64,000 bases of DNA, from contig BPGV01000001.1 of the NCBI GenBank assembly GCA_026003215.1, positions 2,202,466-2,266,465 of the forward strand, given 5' to 3'. The notes under the pieces were generated by a model. The model saw only the letters and a list, made by a program, of their open reading frames with translations, did not search any database and was not told the origin of the DNA. The translations under genes and the position numbers were made by a program. Position 1 is the stretch's first letter. Each line of letters begins with the position of its first letter. This document shows positions 1 to 10,274 of this stretch, one piece after another. The stretch comes from Bacteroidia bacterium. Its GTDB lineage: Bacteria; Bacteroidota; Bacteroidia; SpSt-205.

Positions 1-123
1 CGACCAGGGGGCTTTCTTAGCCACAGGTATGCGCTGTATGAGGCCTATGCCCCCTTCCGCTACGAGCTGGGTCTGCCCCCAGAGTATAGCCCATAGCCCT
101 ATCCAGAGATGCTTTGGCTTCAC
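1..123 (-). CDS. 5' end of a secreted hypothetical protein (truncated by window edge)
   Basis: GTG at 123 reads MKPKHLWIGLWAILWGQTQLVAEGGIG... and stays open to position 1; signal-peptide-like N-terminus; TATCTTTG promoter box 6 nt upstream. Confidence 0.6.
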   Translation of the reverse strand, partial: MKPKHLWIGLWAILWGQTQLVAEGGIGLIQRIPVAKKAPWS

Positions 124-166
124 GCTTCCCAAAGATACAACGGGCACCTTTTCGTAGCTTTGTTGG

Positions 167-865
167 GTGCGTAAGATAGGCTTCATACTTATCCTGTGGT
201 GGCTGGGGCTGAGCTGTGAGCCCGCCCCCACCGGCGAACTGACCCTCTCGGAAGCAGCGCTCTTGCGTATCTCCCCTACTGCCGGGGCACAGGTAATAGA
301 TACCTTAGAAGCAGGGCTTACCGTGTCCCTCCTAAAAACTTCAGGGGCTTGGGCTTATGTGTGTTATCGGGGGCAAAGGGGCTGGATCCTCACCCAAGGC
401 CAAGCCCTTGCAGAAGCCCCGGACCTCGAGGTCCAGCCCTCAGACCAAAGCCTCCTCCTGGCGCGCGACGATAGCGTGCTCGTAGGGATAGCCATAGACG
501 GCGGAGAACCCCAATATGCTCGGCTGAGCGAGTTTGCTCCATGGGTGCCAAGAGATAGCCTCGCTTATGCAGGCTTTTACGAAGGCCTGCCCGGGGAGGA
601 GATTAGCCTCATCATCGTCAATTTTGCGCCCCGCATAGCGCTTTTGGTCAAGCTTAGCACGCTTGACCCCGAGACTATGGAGGTACGCGAAGAGCAGGTC
701 ATTCTCGGTGCAGAAGTGCGCAGGGAGGGAAATGTAGCTTTGATAGAAAGCATAGAAGAAGTGCCTTTCCGTCGGGCAGAGTTTGTGCGTATGAATGGGC
801 GATATGCCCTGTTGGTGGAAAAAGCCCCCCATCAATATGTGATTTTGTGGCGTAGAGCTGTATAG
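167..865 (+). CDS. Putative lipoprotein with SH3b-like domain
   Basis: Lipobox-like LGLSC; LRISPTAGAQVIDTL...WAYVCYRGQRGWI resembles bacterial SH3; TAGCTTTG box at 155-162. Confidence 0.6.
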   Translation: MRKIGFILILWWLGLSCEPAPTGELTLSEAALLRISPTAGAQVIDTLEAGLTVSLLKTSGAWAYVCYRGQRGWILTQGQALAEAPDLEVQPSDQSLLLARDDSVLVGIAIDGGEPQYARLSEFAPWVPRDSLAYAGFYEGLPGEEISLIIVNFAPRIALLVKLSTLDPETMEVREEQVILGAEVRREGNVALIESIEEVPFRRAEFVRMNGRYALLVEKAPHQYVILWRRAV

Positions 866-868
866 TCC

Positions 869-2191
869 ATGCGGAAAGTAGCCCTTATCGGCCGGCCGAA
901 TGTCGGCAAGTCCAGCCTTTTTAATCGACTCTTAGGCCAGCGTAAGGCAATCGTAGAAGCTGTGCCAGGCGTGACGCGTGACCGGCATTACGGCCTTTTG
1001 CGCTTAGGAGAGGCGGACACGGCCCCGCTTCTTCTATTGATAGACACGGGGGGATTTTTGGGGGAAAAAGAAGGCTTAGAGGCGCAGGTAGCTCAGCAGA
1101 TTCGTTTCGCCGTAGAAGAAGCCGACCTCCTCCTCTGGGTAGTAGAGGCCTCAGGGGCCCATCCCGAAGACCAAACCTTTGCCGAATGGCTGCGTCGCTA
1201 TCGCCGCCCCGAGACGCCCCTCTGGCTGGTCGTCAATAAAACCGACAACGAACAGCGCCTCCAAGAAGCAGCAGACCTCTACCGCTTAGGCGTCGAGCCT
1301 GTCTTTTTTGTATCCGCTACCAGTGGTCGCGGGATTGCTGCTCTCAAAGAAGCGCTGCGTCAGCTTGCGGAGGAGGCCTCCCCCGAGAAGCCCCCTTCTG
1401 AAGGGCCGCGTTTTGCCCTCATAGGCCGTCCAAATGCCGGCAAGTCCAGCCTCCTCAATGCACTGCTTCGGGCCCCCAGAGCCGTGGTAAGTGATGTGCC
1501 TGGCACCACGCGGGACACCCTCTCCGAAGCGGCAGAGTGGCAAGGACGCCCTTTTTTCTGGGTAGATACCGCCGGCCTGCGCCGCAAAACCCATATTCCC
1601 CCCCACTCCATAGAACGCTACGCAGCCCTCCGCTCTTTAGAAGCCCTCTTTACCGCAGATGTAGTCCTCCTCACCATAGATGCTACCGAACCCCTCACCC
1701 AGCAGGAGATGACCCTCCTCCGACAAGCAGAAAGACACGGTAGGGGCATCGTGCTCCTCCTCAACAAGATGGACCTCCTGAGTAAGAAAGAAGAGGCAGC
1801 TTTACTGGACTGGGCTACACGCAAAGTACAACCGCTGGAACCTGTGCCCATTTTGGCGGTGTCGGCGCTTACAGGCCGGGGCGTGCGGGATATACCTGCA
1901 GCGGCTTTTCAAGTATATGAGGCAGGGCAGTACCGCATCCCTACCCGCACGCTCAACGATACCCTCCTCCCCATCCTTCGGCAGCATCCTCACCCTATGG
2001 TGGGTACGGTGCACCCCTCCGTGCGTTTTATCCAGCAGGTGGGCACAGCGCCGCCTACCTTCCTGCTGCACGTACGCCACGGGGATAAGCTGCGTAAAAG
2101 CTATTTAGACTTCGTGCGTAGGCAAATACGCGCTATTTATCCTTTCCCCGGCTGGTGGCTGAACCTTCGGTTGAAGGAAGAGAATGCTTGA
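869..2191 (+). CDS. der: Ribosome biogenesis GTPase Der (EngA)
   Basis: Two tandem G domains (GRPNVGKSS, GRPNAGKSS; DTGG/DTAG; NKTD/NKMD) and a KH-like C-terminal domain. Confidence 0.95.
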   Translation: MRKVALIGRPNVGKSSLFNRLLGQRKAIVEAVPGVTRDRHYGLLRLGEADTAPLLLLIDTGGFLGEKEGLEAQVAQQIRFAVEEADLLLWVVEASGAHPEDQTFAEWLRRYRRPETPLWLVVNKTDNEQRLQEAADLYRLGVEPVFFVSATSGRGIAALKEALRQLAEEASPEKPPSEGPRFALIGRPNAGKSSLLNALLRAPRAVVSDVPGTTRDTLSEAAEWQGRPFFWVDTAGLRRKTHIPPHSIERYAALRSLEALFTADVVLLTIDATEPLTQQEMTLLRQAERHGRGIVLLLNKMDLLSKKEEAALLDWATRKVQPLEPVPILAVSALTGRGVRDIPAAAFQVYEAGQYRIPTRTLNDTLLPILRQHPHPMVGTVHPSVRFIQQVGTAPPTFLLHVRHGDKLRKSYLDFVRRQIRAIYPFPGWWLNLRLKEENA

Positions 2192-2232
2192 GACTTTTTC
2201 TGGACAGGTGAATGTGTTTGTATTTTTGCTCC

Positions 2233-5200
2233 ATGAGCAAGTTACTTACAGTTTTTTGCGGACTATTAGGGAGTGTATATGCCCAATTGGTGCTCCTTCG
2301 GCAGGCAGACAGCCTACGCGCTGCGGGTAAGTATGCAGTAGCTTACAGCTTGTATGACTCGCTCGTACGGCAGCCAGGTATAGCAGATACATTACGGCTG
2401 CGAGTTTACATTGGAGGGGCCGAGTGTTTGGCAGGGCAGCGGAAGGTGTCTGAGTTAGAAGCTTGGACAGCTAAGGGAGCACAGCTGGCTTTGAGTCTGC
2501 GAGATACAAATAGTTGGGCAAGCGTGCTCTTATGGCGAGGGCAAGCATACCTTTTAGTGGGAGCTCTATCGGAGGGAAAAGAGCTCATAGATACGCTGCT
2601 CAGGGCATTAGTAGGATTGAGGCAAGTGGATTCCGTGGTCTATGCTCAAGTGGTTGATGTACTTGCTCAGCAATATTGGGATCAAGGGGAATATGCGGAG
2701 GCGGAAAGCCTACTTAAGGTAGTGATGGGCGTCAGGTATCGGTTGCTGGGCAAGGACCACCCAGCATATCTGAGTGCACTTAATAACTTGGCATCGGTAT
2801 ATTGGATCCAAGGGGAATACGCAGAAGCGGAGAGGCTATATAAGGCTGTGGTGGAAATACAATATCGGATATTGGGCGTAGAACATCCGCGACGGTTATC
2901 TTCGCTGAATAACTTGGCGGTTGTATATCAGGACCAAGGGCGGTATGTAGAGGCAGAGAGTCTACATAAGGCCGTCGCGGAAATGCGATATCGGGTACTG
3001 GGCGCAGAACATCCGCAGTACTTGGCTTCGCTAAATAATCTCGCGAATGTGTATGAAGATGAAGGGCGGTATGTGGAGGCGGAAAGCTTGCATAAGTTAG
3101 TCGCTGGGGTGATGTCGCGAGTATTGGGTGCAGAACATCCACGGTATTTGTATTCGCTGAATAATCTCGCAAATGTGTATCATGAGCAAGGGCGGTATGC
3201 GGAAGCGGAGAGTTTGCACAAGGTAGTGGCTGGGGCGAGGTATAGGATATTAGGTCCAGAGCATCCGGATTATTTGCTTTCGCTTTATAATCTGGCGAGT
3301 GTATATCGCGATCAGGGGCGGTATATGGAGGCAGAGAGCTTGTATAAGGCAGTGGTTGAAGCAAGATATAGGATATTAGGTGCAGAGCATAGAGATTATT
3401 TAGCTTCCGTAGATAATCTCGCGAATGTATATCATGAGCAAGGGCGGTATGGGGAAGCGGAAAGCTTGCATAAAGTGGTAGCAGAAGTTAGTCATCGTGT
3501 GTTAGGCAGCGAGCATCCGCTCTACATGGCTTCGCTGGGTAATTTGGCCAATGTATATCATGATGCAGGGCGGTATGCGGAAGCGGAGAGTTTGCATAGA
3601 GCTGTGGCAGTGATGCGATATCACCTATTGAGCGCAGAACACCCGCACTACTTAGTTTCACTAAATAACTTGGCGTGGTCATACGCAGCACAGGGGAAAT
3701 ACCTATTGGCGGATAGTGTATGGCCGGAGGTCATGTATGGAACTTTTCGTTTGATACGGCGAGAGTTTGTGGGGTTGGCTGGGGCGCATCAGCTGGCATT
3801 TTTAGAGAACAATCTCATGGGGCGTTTTATAGGCTTTCAGCGCTATGTAGGGGTTCGTGGAGGAGCTAATGCTGCGCTTTTACGGCTGGGGTATCGTGCG
3901 GCTCGGAGCGTGAAAGGCCTAGTGCTGAGTTCGGTGGAAGGGCTGCGGTATTTAGCGGAGCAGAGTAGGGATAGTGTGACGCAGGCGTTGTATCAGCGGT
4001 GGCTGCGGCTGACGCAGCAGTATGCGGCGCTCATGCTACGGGAGGACTACGAGCAGGCGAGGCGGGTACAGAAAGAGGCGGAAGCAGTGGAGGGGGAGCT
4101 GGCGCGGCGGTTGCCGGAGGTGCGGAGTTTTTTGCCGGACATAGAGGGGGAGGGGGAGCCTGAGCTGCGGAGCGGGGAGGCGGTGGTGGAGATAGTGCGC
4201 GTAGCGGATAAGGACACGGTATGGTATCTGTACTATATCTTGACGCCGAGGAGGCGAGGGGTGGATATACGACTTTTAGTGCGGCGGATAGGACGAGCGG
4301 AAGAGGAGCGGTGGGAGCGGGTGTATGAGCTCCTGCGTTCTCCTGGTGCGCAGGTGAGCGGGAAAGCATACGAGGGGCTATGGGCGTCGGTGGATAGCGT
4401 GCTCCCGGGGGGTATAAAGCGGGTGTATGTGTCGCCGGACGGGGTATATTATCGGGTGAATGTAGGTACGCTGTATGATGGGCGGCGGTATGTGATAGAG
4501 CGGTATGGAGTGAACTATGTAGCAAGCAGCCGTCGTCTGATAGTGCGTAAGCGGCGTGGGGAGGGCCGGCGGTCAGTGGTGGTGGGCGGTCCTGAGTTTG
4601 GGGGGGAGTCGCCTGCTGGGCAGCCTGTGCGCGGTAGTCGTTTTTTCCTGTATGGGATACCACCGCTTGCTGGTGCAGAGGCAGAAGCGCAGGAGGTAGC
4701 TCGGCTATTGGGTGTGGAGGCGGTGACAGGTTCGGCTGCGCGGGAGGAGGCCGTGAAGGGGGCCGTATCGCCGAGGGTGCTACACATAGCGACGCATGGG
4801 TATTATGATGCTGGGGCGCCGACGGGCTTGTTGGGATCGGGTTTGTTATTTGCGCAGGCGGCGGTGTGGGATAGCGTGTATCCACCAGCGGGGGTAGAGG
4901 ACGGCCGTTTGACGGCCAAAGAGGTGAGTGGCATGAATCTGCTGGGGACGGAGCTGGTGGTATTGTCGGCGTGTGAGACGGGTCTTGGGGAGGTGAGGGG
5001 GGAGGGCTTGTATGGGTTGCAGCGGGCGTTTTTGGAGGCGGGGGCTTCTCGGGTGATGGCGGCGTTATGGCAGGTGGATGATGCGGCGACACGGGCGTTT
5101 ATGGAGCGGTTTTATCAGCGGTGGGGCCAGGCCGGCTGGAAAGCCGAGACGATAGACCAGGCATACGAGGCGGTAGTGCGGGAGTTTAAGAAGCGGTACA

Positions 5201-5241
5201 GGCAGCCGTACTATTGGGGAGCGTTTGTGCTGATGCGGTGA
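2233..5241 (+). CDS. Signal-peptide TPR + CHAT (caspase-like) domain protein
   Basis: MSKLLTVFCGLLGSVYAQ signal; 42-aa TPR repeats; CHAT motifs HIATHG, LSACETGLG, YWGAF; start taken at the ATG just after the TATTTTTG box (2221-2228). Confidence 0.9.
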   Translation: MSKLLTVFCGLLGSVYAQLVLLRQADSLRAAGKYAVAYSLYDSLVRQPGIADTLRLRVYIGGAECLAGQRKVSELEAWTAKGAQLALSLRDTNSWASVLLWRGQAYLLVGALSEGKELIDTLLRALVGLRQVDSVVYAQVVDVLAQQYWDQGEYAEAESLLKVVMGVRYRLLGKDHPAYLSALNNLASVYWIQGEYAEAERLYKAVVEIQYRILGVEHPRRLSSLNNLAVVYQDQGRYVEAESLHKAVAEMRYRVLGAEHPQYLASLNNLANVYEDEGRYVEAESLHKLVAGVMSRVLGAEHPRYLYSLNNLANVYHEQGRYAEAESLHKVVAGARYRILGPEHPDYLLSLYNLASVYRDQGRYMEAESLYKAVVEARYRILGAEHRDYLASVDNLANVYHEQGRYGEAESLHKVVAEVSHRVLGSEHPLYMASLGNLANVYHDAGRYAEAESLHRAVAVMRYHLLSAEHPHYLVSLNNLAWSYAAQGKYLLADSVWPEVMYGTFRLIRREFVGLAGAHQLAFLENNLMGRFIGFQRYVGVRGGANAALLRLGYRAARSVKGLVLSSVEGLRYLAEQSRDSVTQALYQRWLRLTQQYAALMLREDYEQARRVQKEAEAVEGELARRLPEVRSFLPDIEGEGEPELRSGEAVVEIVRVADKDTVWYLYYILTPRRRGVDIRLLVRRIGRAEEERWERVYELLRSPGAQVSGKAYEGLWASVDSVLPGGIKRVYVSPDGVYYRVNVGTLYDGRRYVIERYGVNYVASSRRLIVRKRRGEGRRSVVVGGPEFGGESPAGQPVRGSRFFLYGIPPLAGAEAEAQEVARLLGVEAVTGSAAREEAVKGAVSPRVLHIATHGYYDAGAPTGLLGSGLLFAQAAVWDSVYPPAGVEDGRLTAKEVSGMNLLGTELVVLSACETGLGEVRGEGLYGLQRAFLEAGASRVMAALWQVDDAATRAFMERFYQRWGQAGWKAETIDQAYEAVVREFKKRYRQPYYWGAFVLMR
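2641..3735 (+). repeat. Intragenic tandem array of ~9 x 126-bp (42-aa) TPR repeats
   Basis: Units YLxSLNNLAxVYxxQGRYxEAESLHKxVxxxRYRxLGxEHP start at 2641, 2767, 2893, 3019, 3145, 3271, 3397, 3523 and 3649 (last one partial). Confidence 0.9.
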
Positions 5242-5275
5242 TAGGTACCTCGGCTTTTGCGTTAACTTCGTCGGG

Positions 5276-8086
5276 ATGAATATCGTGCTCCGGGGCGCCC
5301 GTACCCACACGCTGAAAAATATCACCGTCGCCTTTCCCCGCTATAAGTTTATCGTGGTGACGGGTGTGAGCGGCTCGGGAAAAAGTTCCCTGGTCTATGA
5401 TACGCTCTATGCAGAGGGGCAGCGCCGCTATGCGGAGACTTTCTCGGCTTATGCCCGGCAGTTCCTCCAGACCGTAGAACGCCCCGATTTAGACAGCTTA
5501 GAGGGCCTTAGCCCCGTGATAGCCATGGACCAGCACCGCTATACCCACAATCCCCGCTCCACCCTGGGCACTACCACGCAGATATACGATTACCTGCGCC
5601 TCCTGTACAGCCGTATTGCCGAACCGCACAGTTTAGTGACCGGCGAAAAGCTCGTCCGCTACACTGAAGAAGAACTTATGGCCCTTCTCCGACATCGATT
5701 CAGCGGCCGGCGCATCCACATACTCGCTCCGATCGTCCGTGCCCGTAAAGGCCACTACCGCGAGGAGCTCTCAGCCCTCCTCAAAAAAGGCTTTGACCAT
5801 GTGCGCATAGATGGGGAATGGTACGACCTTTCCACCGGCATCCCTACCCTCCAGCGCAATAAAATCCACGATATTGAGGTCCTCATAGATACGTTGGATC
5901 CCGCCCATCAGCATGAAGCCCTTCAGCGAGCGGTACAGCTGGCCCTCAGAAAGGGGAATCGTTCCCTCTTCGTGATTGAAAAAGGCAAGCCCGAGGTATG
6001 GGCGTATTCCTTGGATTATGTCGACCCTACTACCGGGACGAGCTTTGATGAGCCCCAGCCTAATACCTTTTCCCATAATAGCCGTTATGGGGCCTGTCCT
6101 ACATGTAAGGGCATGGGTACGGTACGGGTGCTGGCAGTAGAAGCGCTTTTCCCAGAGGAGGATTGGCCAGCAAGGGAGGCCTTGGCCCCCACGCGAGAGG
6201 ATGATAAGGTACTTTTTTTCTGGCAAGAACTTTTGCGCAGACACCACATAGACGTGGCTTTGCCTTGGCGGGAGGTGTCCGAGAATGTCAAAAAAAAGCT
6301 CGTATGGGGCACCGCAGAGGAAGGGCAGTTTTTTGTGGAGCGGGAGCCGGAAGGTGACCTTCCTTTGCTTCACTGGCAGCGGCCGTCTTCGGTATGGGAG
6401 TATATGCAAGCAGCCTATTATGAAGACCGTCCGCCCACATGGATAGATAAGTATGTGGTGCCTAAGACCTGTCCTACTTGCGAAGGACGTCGTCTCAAAA
6501 AAGAATCTTTGGCTTTTCGTTTGGGGGGCCTTTCTATCGGAGAAGTGGGACTTATGGAGTTAGCTGAGGTAGGGCGCTGGCTGGAAAGGCTTCCAGAAGA
6601 GCTGTCTCCCACCGCTCGGGCTATCGGGGGGGACCTCATCCGGGAGATACGCAAAAGAGTGGGATTCTTAGAGCGGGTGGGACTGGGCTATCTCTCCCTT
6701 TTCCGGCCTATGGCTTCGCTCTCAGGGGGGGAAGCCCAGCGGGTGCGTTTGGCCGCCCAGCTCGGCGTAGGACTTACCGAGGTGCTCTACATCTTAGACG
6801 AACCCAGCATAGGCCTGCATCCGAGGGATAACCGCTTCCTCTTAGAGGCGCTTAAGGGCTTGCGCGACCAAGGCGCTACGGTCATCGTGATAGAGCATGA
6901 TGAGGAAACCATGCGGGCTGCGGATTGGCTGATAGAGATTGGACCAGTCGGCGGGAGAAAAGGGGGCTACTTAGTGGCCGAGGGGAGCTATGAGGCATTT
7001 ATCCAGCAGCCCAGCCTCACGGCAGACTACCTTACCGGACGCAAACAGGTACCTCTTCCACCTCCACGCCAGGGCCCTTGGGAATGCCTCACTTTACACG
7101 GTGCCCGTGGCCATAACCTGAAAAAACTCACCCTACGCCTGCCCTTGGGGCGTCTCATCGTAGTGGCCGGCGTAAGCGGCTCCGGTAAGAGTAGCCTTAT
7201 TTTAGAGACGCTGTATCCCGCGCTTTTGCGGGCTAAGCGGGCAGAGTATCGCCCCAGCTTACCGTATGAACGTATAGAAGGGGCCGACAAAGTAGATAAG
7301 GTCATTTTGGTGGACCAAGACCCTATCGGGCGTACGCCCCGCAGCAATCCCGCCACTTATACCGGACTGATGGATGAGATACGGCGATGGTTTGCGGAGC
7401 TGCCGCTTTCCCGAGCCCGAGGGTATAAGCCCGGCCGATTTTCCTTCAATGTAAAGAATGCGGGGCGCTGCGAAACCTGCCAAGGCGCCGGCGTCCAAAC
7501 CATAGAAATGGGCTTCTTACCCCCCGTCTATGTGACCTGTCCGGCGTGCCACGGCCAGCGCTACAACCCCGAAACCTTAGAGGTCCGCTACAAAGGAAAA
7601 AACATTAGCGACGTGCTGCGCATGAGTGTAAGTGAGGCCCTCGAGTTTTTTTCCGCCCATCCGAAGGTTACGCGCTATTTAGCCGTAATGGAGGAGATAG
7701 GTTTAGGGTATTTGCCTTTGGGGCAACCTTCGCCTACGCTGTCGGGGGGGGAGGCCCAGCGGGTCAAGCTGGCGGAGCAGCTGGCCCGGCCAGATACCCA
7801 CCGTACCCTCTATATTTTAGACGAACCCACCACGGGCTTGCATATAGACGATATTGGGAAGCTCCTTGCTGCGTTGAATCGGCTGGTGGATAGAGGCAAT
7901 ACGGTGATTATCATTGAGCATAACTTGGATGTGATACGGCGGGCCGACTGGGTGATTGAACTCGGGCCTGAGGGCGGAGAGAAAGGCGGCTATTTGATTG
8001 CAGAGGGGCCCCCAGCTGTAATAGCTGAGAGCGACACCCCCACCGGGCGGGCTTTGCGAGAAGTTTTGGTGGGGCAAGTAGTATAA
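5276..8086 (+). CDS. uvrA: Excinuclease ABC subunit A
   Basis: Two ABC ATPase modules (GVSGSGKSS twice, LSGGEAQR twice, LDEP) and CxxC zinc fingers. Confidence 0.97.
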   Translation: MNIVLRGARTHTLKNITVAFPRYKFIVVTGVSGSGKSSLVYDTLYAEGQRRYAETFSAYARQFLQTVERPDLDSLEGLSPVIAMDQHRYTHNPRSTLGTTTQIYDYLRLLYSRIAEPHSLVTGEKLVRYTEEELMALLRHRFSGRRIHILAPIVRARKGHYREELSALLKKGFDHVRIDGEWYDLSTGIPTLQRNKIHDIEVLIDTLDPAHQHEALQRAVQLALRKGNRSLFVIEKGKPEVWAYSLDYVDPTTGTSFDEPQPNTFSHNSRYGACPTCKGMGTVRVLAVEALFPEEDWPAREALAPTREDDKVLFFWQELLRRHHIDVALPWREVSENVKKKLVWGTAEEGQFFVEREPEGDLPLLHWQRPSSVWEYMQAAYYEDRPPTWIDKYVVPKTCPTCEGRRLKKESLAFRLGGLSIGEVGLMELAEVGRWLERLPEELSPTARAIGGDLIREIRKRVGFLERVGLGYLSLFRPMASLSGGEAQRVRLAAQLGVGLTEVLYILDEPSIGLHPRDNRFLLEALKGLRDQGATVIVIEHDEETMRAADWLIEIGPVGGRKGGYLVAEGSYEAFIQQPSLTADYLTGRKQVPLPPPRQGPWECLTLHGARGHNLKKLTLRLPLGRLIVVAGVSGSGKSSLILETLYPALLRAKRAEYRPSLPYERIEGADKVDKVILVDQDPIGRTPRSNPATYTGLMDEIRRWFAELPLSRARGYKPGRFSFNVKNAGRCETCQGAGVQTIEMGFLPPVYVTCPACHGQRYNPETLEVRYKGKNISDVLRMSVSEALEFFSAHPKVTRYLAVMEEIGLGYLPLGQPSPTLSGGEAQRVKLAEQLARPDTHRTLYILDEPTTGLHIDDIGKLLAALNRLVDRGNTVIIIEHNLDVIRRADWVIELGPEGGEKGGYLIAEGPPAVIAESDTPTGRALREVLVGQVV

Positions 8087-8143
8087 GGGCGCTTTCCGGC
8101 CCTACGAAGCCTTATTTTCATCCAAGTAGTTTGGTTCGGTAAT

Positions 8144-8174
8144 AAAAAAGCCCCTCTCTGTTCGAGAGGGGCTT
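8144..8174 (-). terminator. Intrinsic terminator of groEL
   Basis: 11-bp stem AAGCCCCTCTC/GAGAGGGGCTT, 5-nt loop, T-run on the minus strand, between convergent uvrA and groEL. Confidence 0.85.
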
Positions 8175-8197
8175 GAGGAGGCAAGAGGAGCTCTGGC

Positions 8198-9844
8198 TTA
8201 GAAGTCCATGTCGCCGCCGCCCGGCCGAGCAGGGGCTTTTTCTTCTTCCGGCTCCTCTACGACCACGCATTCCGTGGTAAGGAGGAGGGAAGCGATGGAA
8301 GCGGCGTTTTCCAGCGCGGTACGCGCTACCTTAGTCGGGTCTACCACGCCGTTTTCAAAGAGGTTTTCAAACTGCTCGGTACGGGCATTCCACCCAAAGT
8401 CGCCTTGCCCTTCCTTGACTTTTTCTACGATGATGGCGCCTTCTTTCCCGGCGTTGTAGGCGATTTGGCGGAGGGGTTCTTCCAGCGCACGGCGCACAAT
8501 CTCTACGCCGATGCCCATATCTCCTTTGAGGAACTTGTCATTGATGCCGCCTTTGCCGGGGAGAAGGGCAGGGATGCAGCGCAGGTAAGCCACGCCACCG
8601 CCTGGCACGATGCCTTCTTCTACGGCTGCGCGGGTTGCATGGAGCGCATCTTCTACCCGGGCTTTCTTTTCTTTCATGGCGACTTCGGTGGCTGCGCCTA
8701 CATAGAGCACAGCTACACCGCCAGAGAGCTTGGCCAGCCGTTCTTGGAGTTTTTCGCGATCATAATCAGAGGTGGTGGTTTCTATTTGCGCTTTGATTTG
8801 GTTGATTCGGGCTTTGATGCGTTCCGGATCACCTTGGCCACCGACGATGGTAGTATTGTCTTTATCTACCGAGATTTTCTTGGCTTTGCCCAGGTAATCC
8901 AGGGTAGCGTGTTCCAGCTTGTACCCTTGTTCTTCGGAGATGACCGTACCACCCGTGAGGATGGCGATATCTTCGAGCATGGCTTTACGGCGATCGCCGA
9001 AGCCAGGCGCCTTCACCGCCACCACCCGCAACGTACCACGCAGCTTATTCACCACGAGGGTAGCCAGCGCTTCTCCTTCCACATCCTCGGCTATAATCAA
9101 GAGCGGCTTATTGACACGCACCACTTGCTCGAGGATGGGGAGGAGGTCCTTCATGCTGGAGATCTTCTTGTCGTGGATGAGGATGAGCGCATCTTCCAGT
9201 TCCGCCACCATTTTATCGGTGTTGGTGACGAAGTGCGGGGAGATATAGCCCCGGTCAAACTGCATCCCTTCCACGACTTCCAGATAGGTTTCAATGTTGC
9301 GCGATTCTTCCACGGTAATAACGCCGTCCTTGCCCACCTTATCCATGGCGTCGGCGATGAGCTTGCCGATTTCTTCATCGCCGTTAGCGGAGAGAGTAGC
9401 TACTTGAGCTATCTCTTTGGAACTGGTAATGGGACGGCTGATTTTCTTCAGCTCTTCTACGACTACCTTGACCGCTTCGTCAATGCCACGCTTGATTTCC
9501 ATGGGGTTAGCGCCGGCCGTGACATTCTTAAGCCCTTCGCGGAAAATGGCTTGGGCCAGCACTGTAGCGGTAGTGGTTCCATCGCCGGCGACATCCGCCG
9601 TCTTAGAAGCCACTTCTTTTACCATCTGGGCGCCTAAGTTTTCCATGGGGTCTTTGAGGGTGATTTCTTTGGCTACGGTGACCCCGTCCTTGGTCACAAG
9701 CGGGGCGCCAAACTTCTTTTCAATCGCTACGTTCCGACCACGAGGGCCTAAGGTCACTTTTACGGCATTGGCCAGCGCATCTACCCCGGCTAAGAGTTTT
9801 GCGCGGGCTTCTGCATTGTACCGGATGATCTTTCCTGTCGCCAT
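8198..9844 (-). CDS. groEL: Chaperonin GroEL
   Basis: [34 protein letters not shown] and GIVPGGG motifs. Confidence 0.98.
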   Translation of the reverse strand: MATGKIIRYNAEARAKLLAGVDALANAVKVTLGPRGRNVAIEKKFGAPLVTKDGVTVAKEITLKDPMENLGAQMVKEVASKTADVAGDGTTTATVLAQAIFREGLKNVTAGANPMEIKRGIDEAVKVVVEELKKISRPITSSKEIAQVATLSANGDEEIGKLIADAMDKVGKDGVITVEESRNIETYLEVVEGMQFDRGYISPHFVTNTDKMVAELEDALILIHDKKISSMKDLLPILEQVVRVNKPLLIIAEDVEGEALATLVVNKLRGTLRVVAVKAPGFGDRRKAMLEDIAILTGGTVISEEQGYKLEHATLDYLGKAKKISVDKDNTTIVGGQGDPERIKARINQIKAQIETTTSDYDREKLQERLAKLSGGVAVLYVGAATEVAMKEKKARVEDALHATRAAVEEGIVPGGGVAYLRCIPALLPGKGGINDKFLKGDMGIGVEIVRRALEEPLRQIAYNAGKEGAIIVEKVKEGQGDFGWNARTEQFENLFENGVVDPTKVARTALENAASIASLLLTTECVVVEEPEEEKAPARPGGGDMDF

Positions 9845-9864
9845 AGTTTTTTCAGTTTGGGTTT

Positions 9865-10143
9865 TTAGCTGATAATAGCATAAATGTCCGACTCACGCAT
9901 AATCAAGTACTCTTTCCCGTCAATTGTAATCTCGGTACCGGCGTACTTACCGTACAGGACTTTGTCTCCGACCTTGACGGTGAGGGGTTCATCTTTTTTG
10001 CCGGGACCGACGGCTACGATGGTGCCCTTTTGGGGCTTTTCCTTAGCGGTGTCTGGAATGATGATGCCGGCTGCAGTTTTTTCTTCGGCAGGCGCCGGCT
10101 CTACTACCACGCGATCGGCTAAAGGCTTGATGTTCACCGACAT
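9865..10143 (-). CDS. groES: Co-chaperonin GroES
   Basis: [14 protein letters not shown]...[13 protein letters not shown]...YLIMRESDI; start is ATG 10143, not the ORF-track start at 10263. Confidence 0.97.
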   Translation of the reverse strand: MSVNIKPLADRVVVEPAPAEEKTAAGIIIPDTAKEKPQKGTIVAVGPGKKDEPLTVKVGDKVLYGKYAGTEITIDGKEYLIMRESDIYAIIS

Positions 10144-10176
10144 AGTGCTTTTTGGATTAGGTTTGGGGGAAAGAAG

Positions 10177-10192
10177 AGCAAAGGGCGTGCCA
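10177..10192 (-). promoter_or_regulatory. Sigma54 (-24/-12) promoter upstream of groES-groEL
   Basis: Minus strand reads TGGCACGCCCTTTGCT, matching the TGGCACG-N4-TTGCW consensus, 33 nt upstream of the groES ATG. Confidence 0.7.
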
Positions 10193-10237
10193 GTGCATGC
10201 GAAGGCCTCTTTTCTGACAAAGTGTGCGTCTTTTTGA

Positions 10238-10274
10238 CAAAAAGAAAAGCGGCGAGCTGACAAGCCCGCCGCTT
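10238..10274 (-). terminator. Intrinsic terminator after icd
   Basis: Minus strand AAGCGGCGGGCT-TGTC-AGCTCGCCGCTT followed by TTCTTTTT. Confidence 0.75.

Noticed and set aside
4031-5092. 353-aa Pro-rich minus-strand ORF
   Set aside because: Mirror of the G-rich CHAT coding strand with no independent features
2233-5241. CHAT protein as part of a type III-E CRISPR (Craspase) or other defence operon
   Set aside because: No cas or effector neighbours; flanked by der and uvrA; carries a signal peptide
8405-9637. 410-aa plus-strand ORF
   Set aside because: Antisense shadow of groEL caused by codon bias
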